Source: Octopus sinensis (taxonomy: Eukaryota). From it: a DNA stretch of 64,000 nucleotides. The stretch covers positions 12,719 to 76,718 of the forward strand of contig NW_021833425.1 in the NCBI RefSeq assembly GCF_006345805.1, in the 5' to 3' direction. Position 1 is the stretch's first letter. Each line of letters begins with the position of its first letter. A program made the position numbers and the translations under genes. Positions 9,491-22,172 of this stretch are shown here, in pieces. A model generated the notes under the pieces. The model did not search any database and was not told the origin of the DNA. It saw only the letters and a list, made by a program, of their open reading frames with translations.

Positions 9491-10752
9491 ATTTTTTTTG
9501 AAATTCTCTGAATCAGGTTCAGATCTTTAGCTGTCTTTGCATCTATAACTGCGTGCGAGTTTGTTTTTGCAACAATGAATTTTATTTGCTTTGATAATTC
9601 TTTGTATTTAATGACTGCTGTGCATTTTCCTAGCACTTTTATAGCTGTGTTATTATAAGCTGATAATCGAGTTGAAGTTTTTTGCAGTTGTGGTTTTGGA
9701 ATTATATCTCTATATTCTCTGAATGGCAGTACGGTTACGTCTGCTCCTGTATCTATTTTGAATGTTACATTCGAGTTGTTCACTTTTAGTTCGACCGTCC
9801 AAATGTCTTTTGGAGTCTTGAACTTTTCGATTTTGTGCACGCGGGAATTATTTGCAGTGATCATTTCGAGTGCATGTGTATCGTCATCTGATTCATCGTC
9901 GGTATGTATCTCTACTTTATGTACAAATTTTCTTGATTTGCACATTTTTGCATAGTGTCCTTGTTTCTTGCATTTTTCACATGTCTTGTGAAATGCTGGG
10001 CATTTATTTCTTTTGTGATTATAACCACAATAGTGACAGTTAGTGACGTAGTGTTGACTTGGCGCTTGAAACTTCGCGGGCTTTCTGTCACTTCCGCCTT
10101 GTTCGTTTTGATGTCTGGATTGCATATGGCGGGTTATTTGAGTTTTGGCGCCTTTTCTGTCGTGTTGACTATATACCCTCGAGATTTCGTTATCTCTTGT
10201 TTCGGATGTGGCATTTAGCATCCTTGATTGGAGTCGTGTTTGCTCTGCACTCTGACCTGCTTGAATTGTTTTTTGTAGGTCTAAATTTGGTTCTCTCAAT
10301 AATCTTTCTCGTAATCTCATGTCTCTGATTCCACATATCAGAATATCTTTGGTGAGACTGTCTGTGAGGTTGCCGAATTCGCACTGTTGTGCCTTTTGGC
10401 GCAACTCTACTACGTACTCATCGAATTTTTGATGTTCCGCTTGTCCACATGTGAAGAATTTGTGTCTTAGGAAAGTTATGTTTTTCCTGGGTTCACAATA
10501 TGCATCGAATTTTTCGATTACTGTCTGAAGGTTCATTTCTTCGTCGGGTGAATCGAAATCCAGTGTGGAATGGATATCTCGGCCTTTAGAACCGATGCAA
10601 GTTAAAAACATTGAAGTTTTTACTTTGTCTGGCTTCATGTCACTTTCTGTTGCTATCAAAAAGAGATTGAATTCTTTTTTCCACTTTTTCCATGCTGCGG
10701 CTAGATTTTCCTGATTAAAGTCTAGGTCTTTTGGATGCGGTAAATTTTCCAT
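9466..10752 (-). CDS. gag: Gypsy gag-protease
   Basis: ATG at 10752; two zinc knuckles (CHYCGYNHKRNKC; CEKCKKQGHYAKMC); protease motif FKIDTGAD. Confidence 0.9.
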   Translation of the reverse strand: MENLPHPKDLDFNQENLAAAWKKWKKEFNLFLIATESDMKPDKVKTSMFLTCIGSKGRDIHSTLDFDSPDEEMNLQTVIEKFDAYCEPRKNITFLRHKFFTCGQAEHQKFDEYVVELRQKAQQCEFGNLTDSLTKDILICGIRDMRLRERLLREPNLDLQKTIQAGQSAEQTRLQSRMLNATSETRDNEISRVYSQHDRKGAKTQITRHMQSRHQNEQGGSDRKPAKFQAPSQHYVTNCHYCGYNHKRNKCPAFHKTCEKCKKQGHYAKMCKSRKFVHKVEIHTDDESDDDTHALEMITANNSRVHKIEKFKTPKDIWTVELKVNNSNVTFKIDTGADVTVLPFREYRDIIPKPQLQKTSTRLSAYNNTAIKVLGKCTAVIKYKELSKQIKFIVAKTNSHAVIDAKTAKDLNLIQRISKKIRRTQTTY

Positions 10753-10819
10753 TTCGTCTTTGAAGTATGATTTCAACTTCTTTTTTCCTTTGGTTTCTGT
10801 ATTTTGGGTTCTTTTAGTA

Positions 10820-10830
10820 TTCTGACACCA
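10820..10830 (-). promoter_or_regulatory. Primer-binding site, tRNA-Leu-like
   Basis: TGGTGTCAGAA directly after the 5' LTR, complementary to a tRNA-Leu 3' end (...TTCTGACACCA). Confidence 0.75.
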
Positions 10831-11066
10831 TGTTGTTGTTATATATATATAGTATTGAGTATTAAAGGAAGTAGTGAGTACTTAGTATGAAAGATTAAGA
10901 AAATGAGAGAGACCGAAACAACGTGTTAACGATACAAGATACTTTATTCGACTGCCGTTGTTGTACAAGTTAATTGTTTTGGCGGGAAACAAAGTGAAAG
11001 TCCTTTTATCAAGGGAGACAATGGGCGACGTTGATTGTTCATGTTTGTTGTGATGATTATATAACA
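10831..11066 (-). repeat. 5' LTR
   Basis: 236 bp, same sequence as 6605-6840. Confidence 0.95.
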
Positions 11067-11400
11067 ACCACCTTTAGTCAAGCAAATCGACCCCAAAACT
11101 TATTCTTTGTAAGCCTAGTACTTATTCTATCAGTCTCTTTTGCCGAACTGCTAAGTAAACACACCAGTTGTCAAGTGATGTTGGGAGGACAAACACAGAC
11201 ACACAAACACATACACACACATGCATATACATATATATGACGGGCTTCTTTCAGTTTCCGTCTACCAAATCAACTCACAAGGCTTTGGTCAGCCCGAGGC
11301 TATAGTAGAAGACACTTGCCCAAGGTGCCACGTAGTGGGACTGAACCCTGAACCATGTGGTCGGTAAGCAAGCTAGTTACCACACAGCCACCCCTACACC
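11067..11400 (-). mobile_element. Major tRNA-derived SINE (its remainder lies at 6550-6604)
   Basis: Family consensus continues across the LTR element. Confidence 0.85.
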
Positions 11401-11414
11401 CATTACAATCATAT

Positions 11415-11625
11415 GGGAACCAGTATCGCGACATCATATCTGCTGTTGATGACTCCTTTGTGCAAAAGAATGAAAGCATCTTCATTAATTGGATCCAAGC
11501 ACTGCAACACCAATGAAAGATGTGTGTGCTCTACAAGGGGTGGTTTATGTTGAAAAATAAACCTTATTTGGTCACATTCCATAAGAGTACCTTAATTAAG
11601 CTGTGAACTTTCCAGCTAACCCTCA
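11415..11625 (+). pseudogene. mariner 3'-end relic
   Basis: DIISAVDDSFVQKNES...QALQHQ*KMCV..KG C-terminus followed by a TIR-like AACTTTCCAGCTAACCCTCA and TA. Confidence 0.6.
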
Positions 11626-11849
11626 TAATCATGATTTTATACCTATTTTAGCCTGCTTTTATAGGTTAGATGGAACTTACTTGTTGCAGTCTTTCGTCAC
11701 ATCCTGGCTGAGATCATCCTCCTAAGATCACTCTCTTGAGATCAATCAACCTTCCCTACTTATTCTCATGTTTTGTTTGATTATCATCATCATTTAGCAA
11801 CTGTTTTCCATGCTAGCATGAGTTGGACGGTTTGATAGGACGGTTTGAA

Positions 11850-12080
11850 AAGGCGGTGAGCTGGCAGAAATGTTAGCACGCCGGGCGAAATGTGTAGCCG
11901 TATTTCGTCTGCTGTTACGTTCTGAGTTCAAATTCCGCAGAGGTCGACTTTGTCTTTCATCCTTTCGGCGTCGATAAATTAAGTTATGCACTGGGGTCGA
12001 TATAATCGACTTAACCCATTTGTCTGTCCTTGTTTGTCCCCTCTGTGTTTAGTCCCTTGTGGGTAGTAAAGAAATAGGTT
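11850..12080 (+). mobile_element. Second SINE family (GGCGGCGAGCTGGCAGAAACGTTAGCACG head)
   Basis: Homologues at 26962, 36955, 43060, 51545 and 52570 (plus) and at 37140, 58540 and 58900 (minus). Confidence 0.75.
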
Positions 12081-12234
12081 TGATTGGAGCTAATCAGCTG
12101 GGACTGGCACGAGTGCTTTATTATGTCTCTGATATGGGTACCTCAATGTGATGCCTGCACAAGTGCTTTTATGTGGCACCAGCATGGGCGTTATAACATT
12201 GCACTGGCATGGGTGCTTTTTATGTGGCACTGAT

Positions 12235-12365
12235 GTAATCTCCAGGGATACAGGCATCCAGCAACAGGACCTCCGTAATGCCATGATGGACCGTGAAGTC
12301 TGGCGTAGCATGGTAAATTCCATTGTCTCGACCACAGTTGAACAATGATGATGATGATGATGACA
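12235..12365 (+). pseudogene. RTE LINE 3' end
   Basis: DLRNAMMDREVWRSMVNSI* followed by a (GAT)n tail. Confidence 0.65.
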
Positions 12366-13739
12366 GGTACTTTTTGCACAGCACCAGCACCCTCAAGCAT
12401 GCATGACAAGGACCTGTCCACTGAGAGAGGGAGTGGGGGGGTTGCATGGCCATAAAGGACACTCCTGTATGTACAGATGTATGGCTGACCATGACTTGTC
12501 TTCTCAAGCATGTTCTTTTCACTTGGATTGCTTGACACTCCTGCACCCAATTTTCATTCTTTATATGTATCAGATTCCGTACCAGCATACTATATCTGAT
12601 ACTAATACACAGTTTTTCTCTCAGCTCATTTGAGCTTTGTCAGTCAAGCACATCACACACCTGACAGAGCACGTTTGCCTTATTTCTTTTTAGCCATCTT
12701 TTATCCTCAGCATTCAATCTCGTTTTCATAATCATGTTAATATTGTTTTCCATTCAAACATCATACAGCCTGTCTTTCATTCAGAAAGATAACTAGATAA
12801 TCCCTTTGTAGCCAATAGAGGTAACATCTCCCTAAGCTTACCTGTACTTATTCTGCCTGCTATGATTTCCTGACACCTAACTTGCACTGCTAATTAGGTC
12901 ACCCACATGACAAGTTGTTAGCTACTTCTAGAGCCTTCAGGGCATTTGAAAAATTTCATGTCACCTGTGCTTTTACCAGTGTTGCCTCTAATTTTTCACT
13001 GTCGCTATGCACAGAAATCTTTTTCTGTGTTGTTTTTTGAAATTTACAGCGTTTTCATCTAAATGCTGTTTTGCTTCCACAAAAAAGGAAGTCTTTCTAT
13101 GGTTGTAGCTTTTTTCCTCAAACCGCTAGACTTTGGAACTCTCTTCCATCTCATTGTTTTCTCCTTATAAACTTGAACCCTTTCATGTCTAAAGTAAATT
13201 CATTCCTTTCATCATAATTTCTCCTTCTTGATACTCCCTTACACCTTGTGGCTTCTCACCTTGTTTTGAACTTCCTTATGAAAAAACATAGTGATTGCAT
13301 CCATGCAAATAACCATTGCTCGAATGCCATATTAACCATCTAAGCAAATAGACACCAATTTCCAAATATCTGTTATTTAATATTATTTATTTATTTATTC
13401 GCCCTTTTCAAGCCTAGCCAGGCTCATGGGCCCGGTTTCCCGGTTTCTATGACGTATGTGTTCCCCCCAGCTGGACGGGAAGCCAGACCATCGCAGCGTT
13501 ACTCAAGAAACAGGAAGAAAGTGTGAGATAAAGTTGTGGCGAAAGAGTACAACTTTAGGTTCTAGTCTTTGCCTTCAGGTCTGGAATTTTCCCTCTAATT
13601 CTTTGATTGTCCTGACCATGGAGAATTGATTAGGGCTCAATTCTATCTGCTAAAGTCTTTGTTGATCTCTCTTTGCTAACTCTCATCTGGATAATATCAC
13701 ACCTGTTGATTGCCTGCATGGCTTGCCCAAGACACATAC

Positions 13740-13992
13740 ACATGTATGCACACAGACACGCCTGCACATACACACACACACACACACACACAGACACGCA
13801 CACACAGACACGCACACACACACATACATGCACACACACATGCACACACATGCACATACACAAACATGCACACACACACATGCACACACACATGCACACA
13901 TACACATAGACTTACGTATGTGTGTGTGCATGTATGTATGTGTGTGTATATATATATACATGTGTATGTATATATGTATATATAGATGTCTG

Positions 13993-14024
<32 letters not shown>

Positions 14025-14095
14025 TACATATATAAAGTGGTGTATGTATAAGTGTGTGTGTGTGTGTGCATGCATGCATGTGTGTGCGTGTGTGT
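13740..14095. repeat. (CA)n/(TA)n/(TG)n compound microsatellite
   Basis: Directly visible. Confidence 0.95.
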
Positions 14096-14099
14096 GGAA

Positions 14100-15290
14100 G
14101 CATTTTAGAATCTTAACTAAGAATCTGCAGAAAATCAATAACAACCTCTGCAAACAATTACTAACGAACAATACAATCAAAAACTATAGTAGGATTAATA
14201 CACATACATACAATAGCATAAATAATGAAGCAAAGGCAATCATACATGAGCTAAAAAGCAGACACCAAACTGGAGACACAAAATAAATGTGAATCATTTA
14301 TCACACTCAGGGACCAAAAAAGAACAGTTCATTTCTAATCCCAGTTGAAGGATTATTAACCCTGCTAAATCTGAGATAGAGTTAATCAGTAAGAAAATAA
14401 TTGCTAAAATCAACTCTAATATAAGAACAACTGACCTCCGGCAATGGAGAAATAGCCATACAGTTAATCCAATTGTATTCTTTACCTTTTTACTCTTTTA
14501 CTTGTTCCAGTCGTTTGACTGCGGCCATGCTGGAGCACCGCCTTTAGTCAAGCACATCGACCCCAGGGCTTATTCTTTGTAAGCCTAGTACTTATTCTAT
14601 CTGTCTCTTTTGTCGAACCTCTAAGTGATGGGGATGGAAACACACCAGCATCAGTGGTCAAGCGATGTTAGGAGGACAAACACACACACATGCACATATA
14701 TATACATATACATATATACGACGGGCTTCTTTCAGTTTCCATCTACCAAATCCACTCACAAGGCTTTGGTCGGCCCGAGGCTAAAGTAGAAGACACTTGT
14801 CCAAAGTGCCATGCAGTGGGACTGAACTCAGAACCATGTGGCTGGTAAGCAATCTACTTACCACACAGCCACTCCTGCGCTTATGTATAAAAAATAGACA
14901 CAAGGCTACCAAGTTGAGCATTGTAGAAATTTATCTCTTCCTCTCAAAGGTCCTGCTTGTAAGTGCTTTAGATGTCCCTAAGAACTGTAAAACAATAGTC
15001 AAGAGAGAAATAAAGACTATGCTTCATGCAAGAAAGACCATATTTTTACATAAAGACTTCATCTGAGTCAAAATATTCATCCCAGAGAGCTTTTGATGTT
15101 ACCATGGGTGCTTACAACTGTGTTGAACTATGTAACCTTATAGGACAATACATTTCAGATACACTCACCCAGAAATTAATATCTATACATTTAGGAATAT
15201 ATAGAGATGACAGGTTAGCTATATTGTGGGACAGGAATGCGCATATACTAGATGAGATTAGGGAAAAACCAACACAAACATTTCGTTTTT
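14100..15290 (+). pseudogene. Penelope-like element reverse transcriptase relic, interrupted by a SINE at ~14490-14880
   Basis: FITLRDQKEQF...IINPAKSEI..ISKKI...QWRNS; HARKTIF; FDVTMGAY..VELCNLIG; GIYRDD. These resemble the PLE RT motifs FITLKDHK, INPAKSEIG, FDVTMGSYDGAE and GLYRDDG. Confidence 0.75.
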
Positions 15291-15430
15291 GGATTTGGTT
15301 TGCAGGATTCTTTATGTGAGTTCGTGTGTTGAAGCATATTCTGTTGTGTCTCGGGGGAAAGTTATTTTCTTTTTGTGCCTTATAATTTAACACACTCACC
15401 GGTAAAATTTCCACTTATTTCTTATTTTCA

Positions 15431-15471
15431 TTTTCCTAAAATTTTCGTTGCGTCTTGCAACTTTTTCAATA
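15431..15471 (-). ncRNA. Minimal hammerhead-like motif (family 3, U3-A8 core), 5'-truncated
   Basis: UA UUGAAAA A GUUGC AAGAC GCAAC GAAA AU UU^UAGGAAAA; only 2 bp of stem I remain. Confidence 0.55.
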
Positions 15472-16506
15472 CAAGACTATTAAAAAGGTTGCATGATGCG
15501 GTGCTCCAGCATGGCCGCAGTCAAGTGACTGAAACAAGTAAAAGAGTAAGAAATAAGTGCAAATTTTACCGGTGAGTGTGTTAAATTATAAGGCACAAAA
15601 AGAAAATGACTCTCCCCAGACACAGCAAACACAAACAGTTAACATCTTTAGACTGATAAAAAGACCCATTGTAACCAACGTTGCTATGACAGATTTCTTA
15701 CCCAAAAGTTATCTACCAAACTTCATAAACTATTTAGAAAGCCTTATGAGAAACTAAGTTAAATGCATTAAGTATCTTAGCATTTGCTTATAGTCTTTAG
15801 TAGCTTACTGAATAGATAATATTAGCTGATGAATATCTAAAGAGGAATATTCATTAATGCAGTACTTTATTATAATACGGCTTAGAAGCTACTATGTATA
15901 AAGAGGCACAGGCTTGGCTGGGTGGAAGCTTGCTTTACAACCAAGTAGTCTTGGTTTCAGTCCTATGATAAGGCACCTTCAGCAAGTATCATCTACCATG
16001 ACTCTGGGGCAACCAAAGCCTTGTGAGTGGATTTGGTAGGCAGAAACTGAAAGAAGCCCATGTGTGTGTGTATTTTGGTGTGTATCTTTGTGTTTGTGTT
16101 TGTCCTGTGCCATCACTTGACAACTGCTGTTTACGTCCACGTAACTTAGCGGTTCAGCAAAAGAGACCAATAGAATAAGTACTAGGCTTACAAAGAATAA
16201 GTCCTGGGGTTGATTTGCTTGACTAAAAAAGGTGGTGCTCCAGCATGGCCACAGTCAAATGACTGAAACAGGTAAAAGAGTAAAAGAGAGAGTATGGCAG
16301 AATTCACTGTATTCTGTCCATGATCAATATACTTTACTGTTAATAACCCATTCTACCCAGCTTTAAGTATTAAAGTGTGATATACTTCATTGTACTGTAC
16401 TATATCCATGACCCAGACGCTTAACTGTCAACAGTTCAGACCCCCAACCTAGCATGTTGCCAATGAACCACACCATGGCAGATTTCACTGCTGTTATCAA
16501 CAGTAA

Positions 16507-16898
16507 TCTCTCTATATATAAAGCTGAAGTTGTCTGTGTATGGCAGGTTTGGTAGCCTTCAACTAACACTATCTCCTCCGAGACCCTGCGGCACAAGTTG
16601 ACCAAAATTGAGAGTATGATAGAAGAAGGCTTGCTCTTCCTTCTGTAGAAGATAAAATTCAAATTGAACCATGTTAAGACCAAAAAATATTTACATCAAA
16701 AAGGTACTTTTTTTCTATGAAAATCCCTATTTTTTACGATTTTTGGACTGCTGTGTTGCCATTTTTCGGTGTATTTCAATCAGAAAAATGTTCACTTAAA
16801 GAGAATAACAAGCTACATAATGCAAAATTTTTACTTTTCGAAAATTCCAATTCTAAAGGGTCGAAACAAACCCGAGCAACGCCGGGTGATACTGTTAG
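16507..16898 (+). mobile_element. Non-autonomous Helitron
   Basis: A|TCTCTCTATATATAAAG start, subterminal hairpin CCCGAGCAACGCCGGG and TTAG|T end; family copies at 53232 and 60158. Confidence 0.8.
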
Positions 16899-17389
16899 TA
16901 TTCTATTATAGCCAAGTGATTTATTGCCTGGCAATGTTTAACTTCTTCAGTTGTAAATTTCTCCTTGAATTCCATTTGCTTACATCCCATTTGCATTTAA
17001 TCCATGTCATGATCTAACTCTCATCCTATCTAGACGATGCTGTAATAATCAATATTACATATATTCAATCCAGACACTTGGCCATGACACTATGGATGCG
17101 CATCACACTATATGTATATCTACACACACATATGCATATATACGCATCAGCCATATCTATCTTTATCTATATACTCTAATGCTCTATAACTTAAGAGTGT
17201 GCTTCTACATTCAAAATTAAGAGGAATGACCACTGTAGTGGACACTCTATATGCTAAACATAGATGTCAAATTGCCATTACTATGAAGAATGTGTTCTCA
17301 AGAAAAAAAATATCAGCAAAACGGCAAAATGTAAAAATGAGCAAGACAAATGAAAACATATGAAATAAAATAGAAATATATATATAAGA

Positions 17390-17762
17390 GCACATCCGAG
17401 CGTGTTCGTTGCCAAAGCAGCCAACTGGCTTCCGTGCCAGTGGCACATAAAAGGGCACCATTCGAGCGTGATCGTTACCAACATCGCCTTACTGGCACCT
17501 GTGCTGGTGGTATGTGTAAAAGGATTCGAGCGAGGTCGTTGCCAGTACCGCCTGACTGGCCCCTGTGCCAGTGGCACGTAAAAAGCACCCACTACACTCT
17601 CGGAGTGGTTGGCGTTAGGAAGGGCATCCAGCTGTAGAAACTCTGCCAAATCAAGATTGGAGCCTGGTGCAGCCATCTGGTTCGCCAGCCCTCAGCCAAA
17701 ATCGTCCAACCCATGCTAGCATGGAAAGCGGACGTTAAACGATGATGATGATGATGATGATG
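17390..17762 (+). mobile_element. (GAT)n-tailed retroposon family (third SINE-like family)
   Basis: Copies at 18255, 34330 and 54770 (plus) and at 41140, 43295, 54045 and 63625 (minus); shared GTGGTTGGCGTTAGGAAGGGCATCCAGC body. Confidence 0.8.
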
Positions 17763-18179
17763 ATATATATGTGGAAAAAGCCAAGGTAGAAAATGCTAAA
17801 ATAATTTTATAAAAAACATTTCAGTACTGGTTTCAGTCATTGAGACTTTTCCAACTGTAAGTGTAGAAAACAATTAAATTTTGGAAGAATTAAAAGAAAA
17901 GATTTTTTAAAAGAATATTTGCATTGTATAAAAACTTTTCTTTTAATTTTTCCCAAATTTAATTGTTTTCCATACTTTCAGTTGGAAAAGTCTCAATGAC
18001 TGAAACTGGCACTGATATGTTTTTTATGATTAAATAATTTTACCATTTTCTACCTTGACTTTTTTTCCATATATATCAACTTGTGTGTTCCTTTTTCAAC
18101 CTTCTACATATATATATATATATATAATATATATATATATTATATATATATACATACATATATATATATACATATATAT

Positions 18180-18210
<31 letters not shown>

Positions 18211-18219
18211 CATACATAC

Positions 18220-18252
<33 letters not shown>

Positions 18253-18787
18253 TGTATGTAGCACTTGTGCTGGTGGCAAGTGAAATATTCGAGCGAGGTC
18301 GTCGCCAATGCCGCTGAACTGGCTCCTGTGCAGGTGGCACATAAAAAGCACCATTTGGGCGTGGGCATGGCCGTTGCCAGTACCACCAAACTGGCCCTCA
18401 TGCTGGTGGCACGTAAAAGCACCCACTACACTCTCGGAGTGGTTGGCGTTAGGAAGGGCATCCAGCTGTAGAAACTCTTCCAGATCAGATTAGAGTCTGG
18501 TTTGCCAGACTTCAGTCAAATCGTCCAACCCATGCTAGCATGGAAAGCGGACATTAAATGATGATGACGATGATGATGATGATATATATATATATATATA
18601 TGGGTGCAGCCATGGCAGCATAGTAAGAAGTTTGGTATGGAACCACATGGTTCCAGGTTCAGTCCCACTATGTGGCACCTTCACCAACTATATTCTTCTA
18701 TAAAATTGGGTCAACCTTGTACATGGATTTAGTTAACGGAAACTGAAAGAAGCCCAACATATGTATGTGTGTGTGTAGAGAGAGAGA

Positions 18788-18889
18788 GTGATGAAAGAGA
18801 GAGAGTGATGAAAGAGAGAGAGTGATGAAAGAGAGAGAGTGATGAAAGAGAGAGAGTGATGAAAGAGAGAGAGTGATGAAAGAGAGAGA
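18788..18889. repeat. 17-bp tandem repeat (GTGATGAAAGAGAGAGA) x6
   Basis: Directly visible. Confidence 0.9.
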
Positions 18890-21541
18890 TATTGGTATTT
18901 ATGGAATCTAGAAATCAAAACTGGCTTATGAGACTATAGATATTCAGTAATCTGTGTGTGTGTACATAAACACATATACATATGTATACACACAAATATA
19001 TATATATATACACACAATCACATGGTTCCAGGTTCAGTTCTACTGCATGGCACCTTGGGCAAGTCTCCTACTATAGCCTCAGGCCAACCAAAGCTTTGTA
19101 AGTGGATTTGGCAGAGGGAAACTGAAAAAAGCTTGCCATATGTGTGTGTGTGTGTTGGTGTTTGTCTTCTACCACCACTTGACAACCAGTGTTAGTTTGT
19201 TTACATTCCCATAGCTTAGTGGTTTGGCAAAAAAGACTGATAGAATAAGTACTAGGCTTAAAAAAACAAAAGTACTGGGGTTGATTCAATTGACTAAAAA
19301 TTCTTCAAGTTGATGCCCCAGCATGGCCACAGTCAAATGACTGAAGCAAAAGAAAAGGCAAAAGAATCATAGAATACATATATACTCATACATATATGCA
19401 TATGCACACACACACACACATGCATGCACGCCCACACACACACACAAACGCACACACGCACACACACACAAATGCATATATATACATACATACATATATT
19501 TGAATATATTTACATATGTGGAATGTACGAGACTATGAATTCACATTATGATATACCTATTTATGTAGATTTTTACCTGAAAATCTTCCGAAAGGCAGTC
19601 AAACTAGACATAGACAAAGGCAGAACAAATTCTATCATCAACCGTATTTGTTCTTAGTTTTCATTTCTTTTCTTCCATATAGCTTTTAACAAACTGTGAC
19701 TAATTTATCCTAAATAAATCTAGCTTTACTTTTCTTATAAGACATAAAAATATTATAATTGATTCAAGTTATTGTTTGTTCTCATATACCTGTATAGACT
19801 CTCAGGTTATCAACAGACTTGTATGTAAAATTGATTGCTTTTCCCAATCTCCCCTACTCCGTCTCGGGCTCTTCTCCATGGTACCAGAGCAACTGGTTTA
19901 GACGGCTTCGTAATACTATTGAATACATGATTCACACACACATAAGCTCATCTATTTTTGCTTTTTGTTGTTGTTTTTCACCGTTTTTCGTATGCTTCAG
20001 CTAGCACAATGTTTCATTGTCTTCTGGTGATGTGTTTTAGTTTCAATGTTTTACCCAGATTTTTTGTGAGTTTAGACCCTGTAGGAGTAATTCTGTGAGC
20101 AGTAGCGAGGGGCTAAATCGATAAATTGCCAAACAAAACACATAAAAGGGTATATTAACACTTATTCTGTGAATGGTTTCAGGGCTGTTTTTTTTTTACT
20201 CTTTTCTTTTCCATATCATAAAACTTCACAATTACAAAATAATTTACCCACTTCAACCCTGCCTCACCTCTATGTTCTTTGGCACTCATGTATATAGGAC
20301 TTGTAGTGGAGGCACATGGCCTAGTGGTTAGAGCAGCGGACTTGCGGTCAAGAGATCGCAGGTTCGAATCTCAGACCGGGCTTACTAACCACATAGTTCT
20401 GGGTTCATTCCCACTGCCTGGCATCTTGGGCAAGTGTCTTCTACTATAGCCGCAGGTGTCCTGAAATAATACTGCATAGTGTACTGGGCATATCATAGGG
20501 AGAATGGTAGAAAATTAATGGCATAGGGTGTGATAGCTTTGACAGCACAGTTGCATGCTTATTTTTGTGGTGAGAAGTTGTCTTCTTAGATTAATTTAAA
20601 ACTCCTAAACTAAAACTAATTTCTTTTACAATTATTTTCTTACAATATTTCTTTTTATTTTTTATTTGTTACAGTCATTTCACTGCGGCCATGCTGGAGC
20701 ACCGCCTTTAGTCGAGCATATCGACCCAGGGACTTATTCTTTGTAAGCCCAGTACTTATTCTATCGGTCTCTTTTGCCAAACCGCTAAGTGACGGGGGAC
20801 GTAAACACACCAGCATCGGTTGTCAAGCAATGCTAGGGGTACAAACACAGACACACAAACATATACACACATACATATATATATATACATATATACGACG
20901 GGCTTCTTTCAGTTTCCGTCTACCAAATCCACTCACAAGGCATTGGTCAGCCCGGGGCTATAGCAGAAGACACTTGCCCAAGATGCCATGCAATGGGACT
21001 GAACCCGGAACCATGTGGTTGGTTAGCAAGCTACTTACCACACAGCCACTCCTGCGTTATATCATCATATAATTTTGACCTTAATTTGTTTTCAGAACTA
21101 ATAATATACTTTTAGGAGTCTTTTGTTTGGCTGAGTTAATTCTGACTATACCTGACAACACTGCTTCAGCGTAATGCACATTTTCCGCTCTCAAATGAAT
21201 AAATACTTGCTTTTGTGGATCACAACGTCAGGAAAGACTCTGTGGCCTTGGTTTACTTTCAACTGAGAAAGGTGAACTAATGCAGCTGAAGCAAAGTGGT
21301 TCATTGTAAAATGAAGTTACTCTTTTACTTGTTTCAGTCATTTGACTGTGGCTATGCTGGAGCACCGCCTTTAGTCAAGCAAATCGACCCTGGGACTTAT
21401 TCTTTCTAAGCCTGGTACTTATTCTATCGGTCTCTTTTGCCGAACCACTAAGTTACTGGGACGTAAACACACCAGCATCAGTTGTCAAGCGATGTTGGGC
21501 GGACAAACACAGACACACAAAGGTATACACACACACACACA

Positions 21542-21575
<34 letters not shown>

Positions 21576-22045
21576 CATACATACATACATACATACATAA
21601 ATATATATATATATATTTATAGTTACAAATTGAGATAGGGGTTGTAAATGCAACCCTCCATGAGATAACATATATCCAATATACTGCTAGTGAAGTACCC
21701 AACAAAGTTAATACATAAATGTTAATGATTGCGATGCAATCAATTCATTTACTGTATTATATGGGCAAAGGTAAAATGATTTACCACAAATTACTAATAC
21801 AAGATAAGAAAATGGAGAAATACATCTAAATCAAATATCAATTACCAGATAATACTCAATCACATACTTTATTAGACCAGCACATAAGAGACTGTAGGGT
21901 TAAACATAAAAAAGCAGAACAAATCAGTGTACATAAAGGAATGTACATAAAAAAGTGTACATAAAAGAGTAATGTTGTATAATAATTAGAATATATATAA
22001 AAAAGAATATAAATACAAGTAAATATAAATATAAGTATGAATTAG

Positions 22046-22172
22046 ATCTTACAGCTGTTTCGGCCATGTCGATAATTATGTCTCATTTTACCAATATTAG
22101 CTCTTTATGGTTGGTCAATATATAGATATAAATGAGACATTAACAAAAATATCACAAGGCCTCTTCGGAGAT
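22046..22172 (-). ncRNA. Type I hammerhead-like motif with a long stem II insertion (family 4)
   Basis: AUCU CCGAAGA GGCC [92 nt including an 11-bp hairpin] GGCC GAAA CAGCUG UA^AGAU; core has C at the conserved U4. Confidence 0.55.

Larger units (their letters stand above)
6605..11066 (-). mobile_element. Ty3/Gypsy LTR retrotransposon (Mag-like), recent insertion into a SINE
   Basis: 236-bp TG...CA LTRs, TSD ACCAC (6600-6604 and 11067-11071), PBS, PPT and gag-PR-RT-RH-INT order; the host SINE reconstitutes as GCTGGAGCACCACCTTTAGTC. Confidence 0.97.

Noticed and set aside
12560-12633. QIPYQHTISDTNTQF, faintly like the integrase SDNGxQF motif
   Set aside because: Too short, with no flanking integrase motifs
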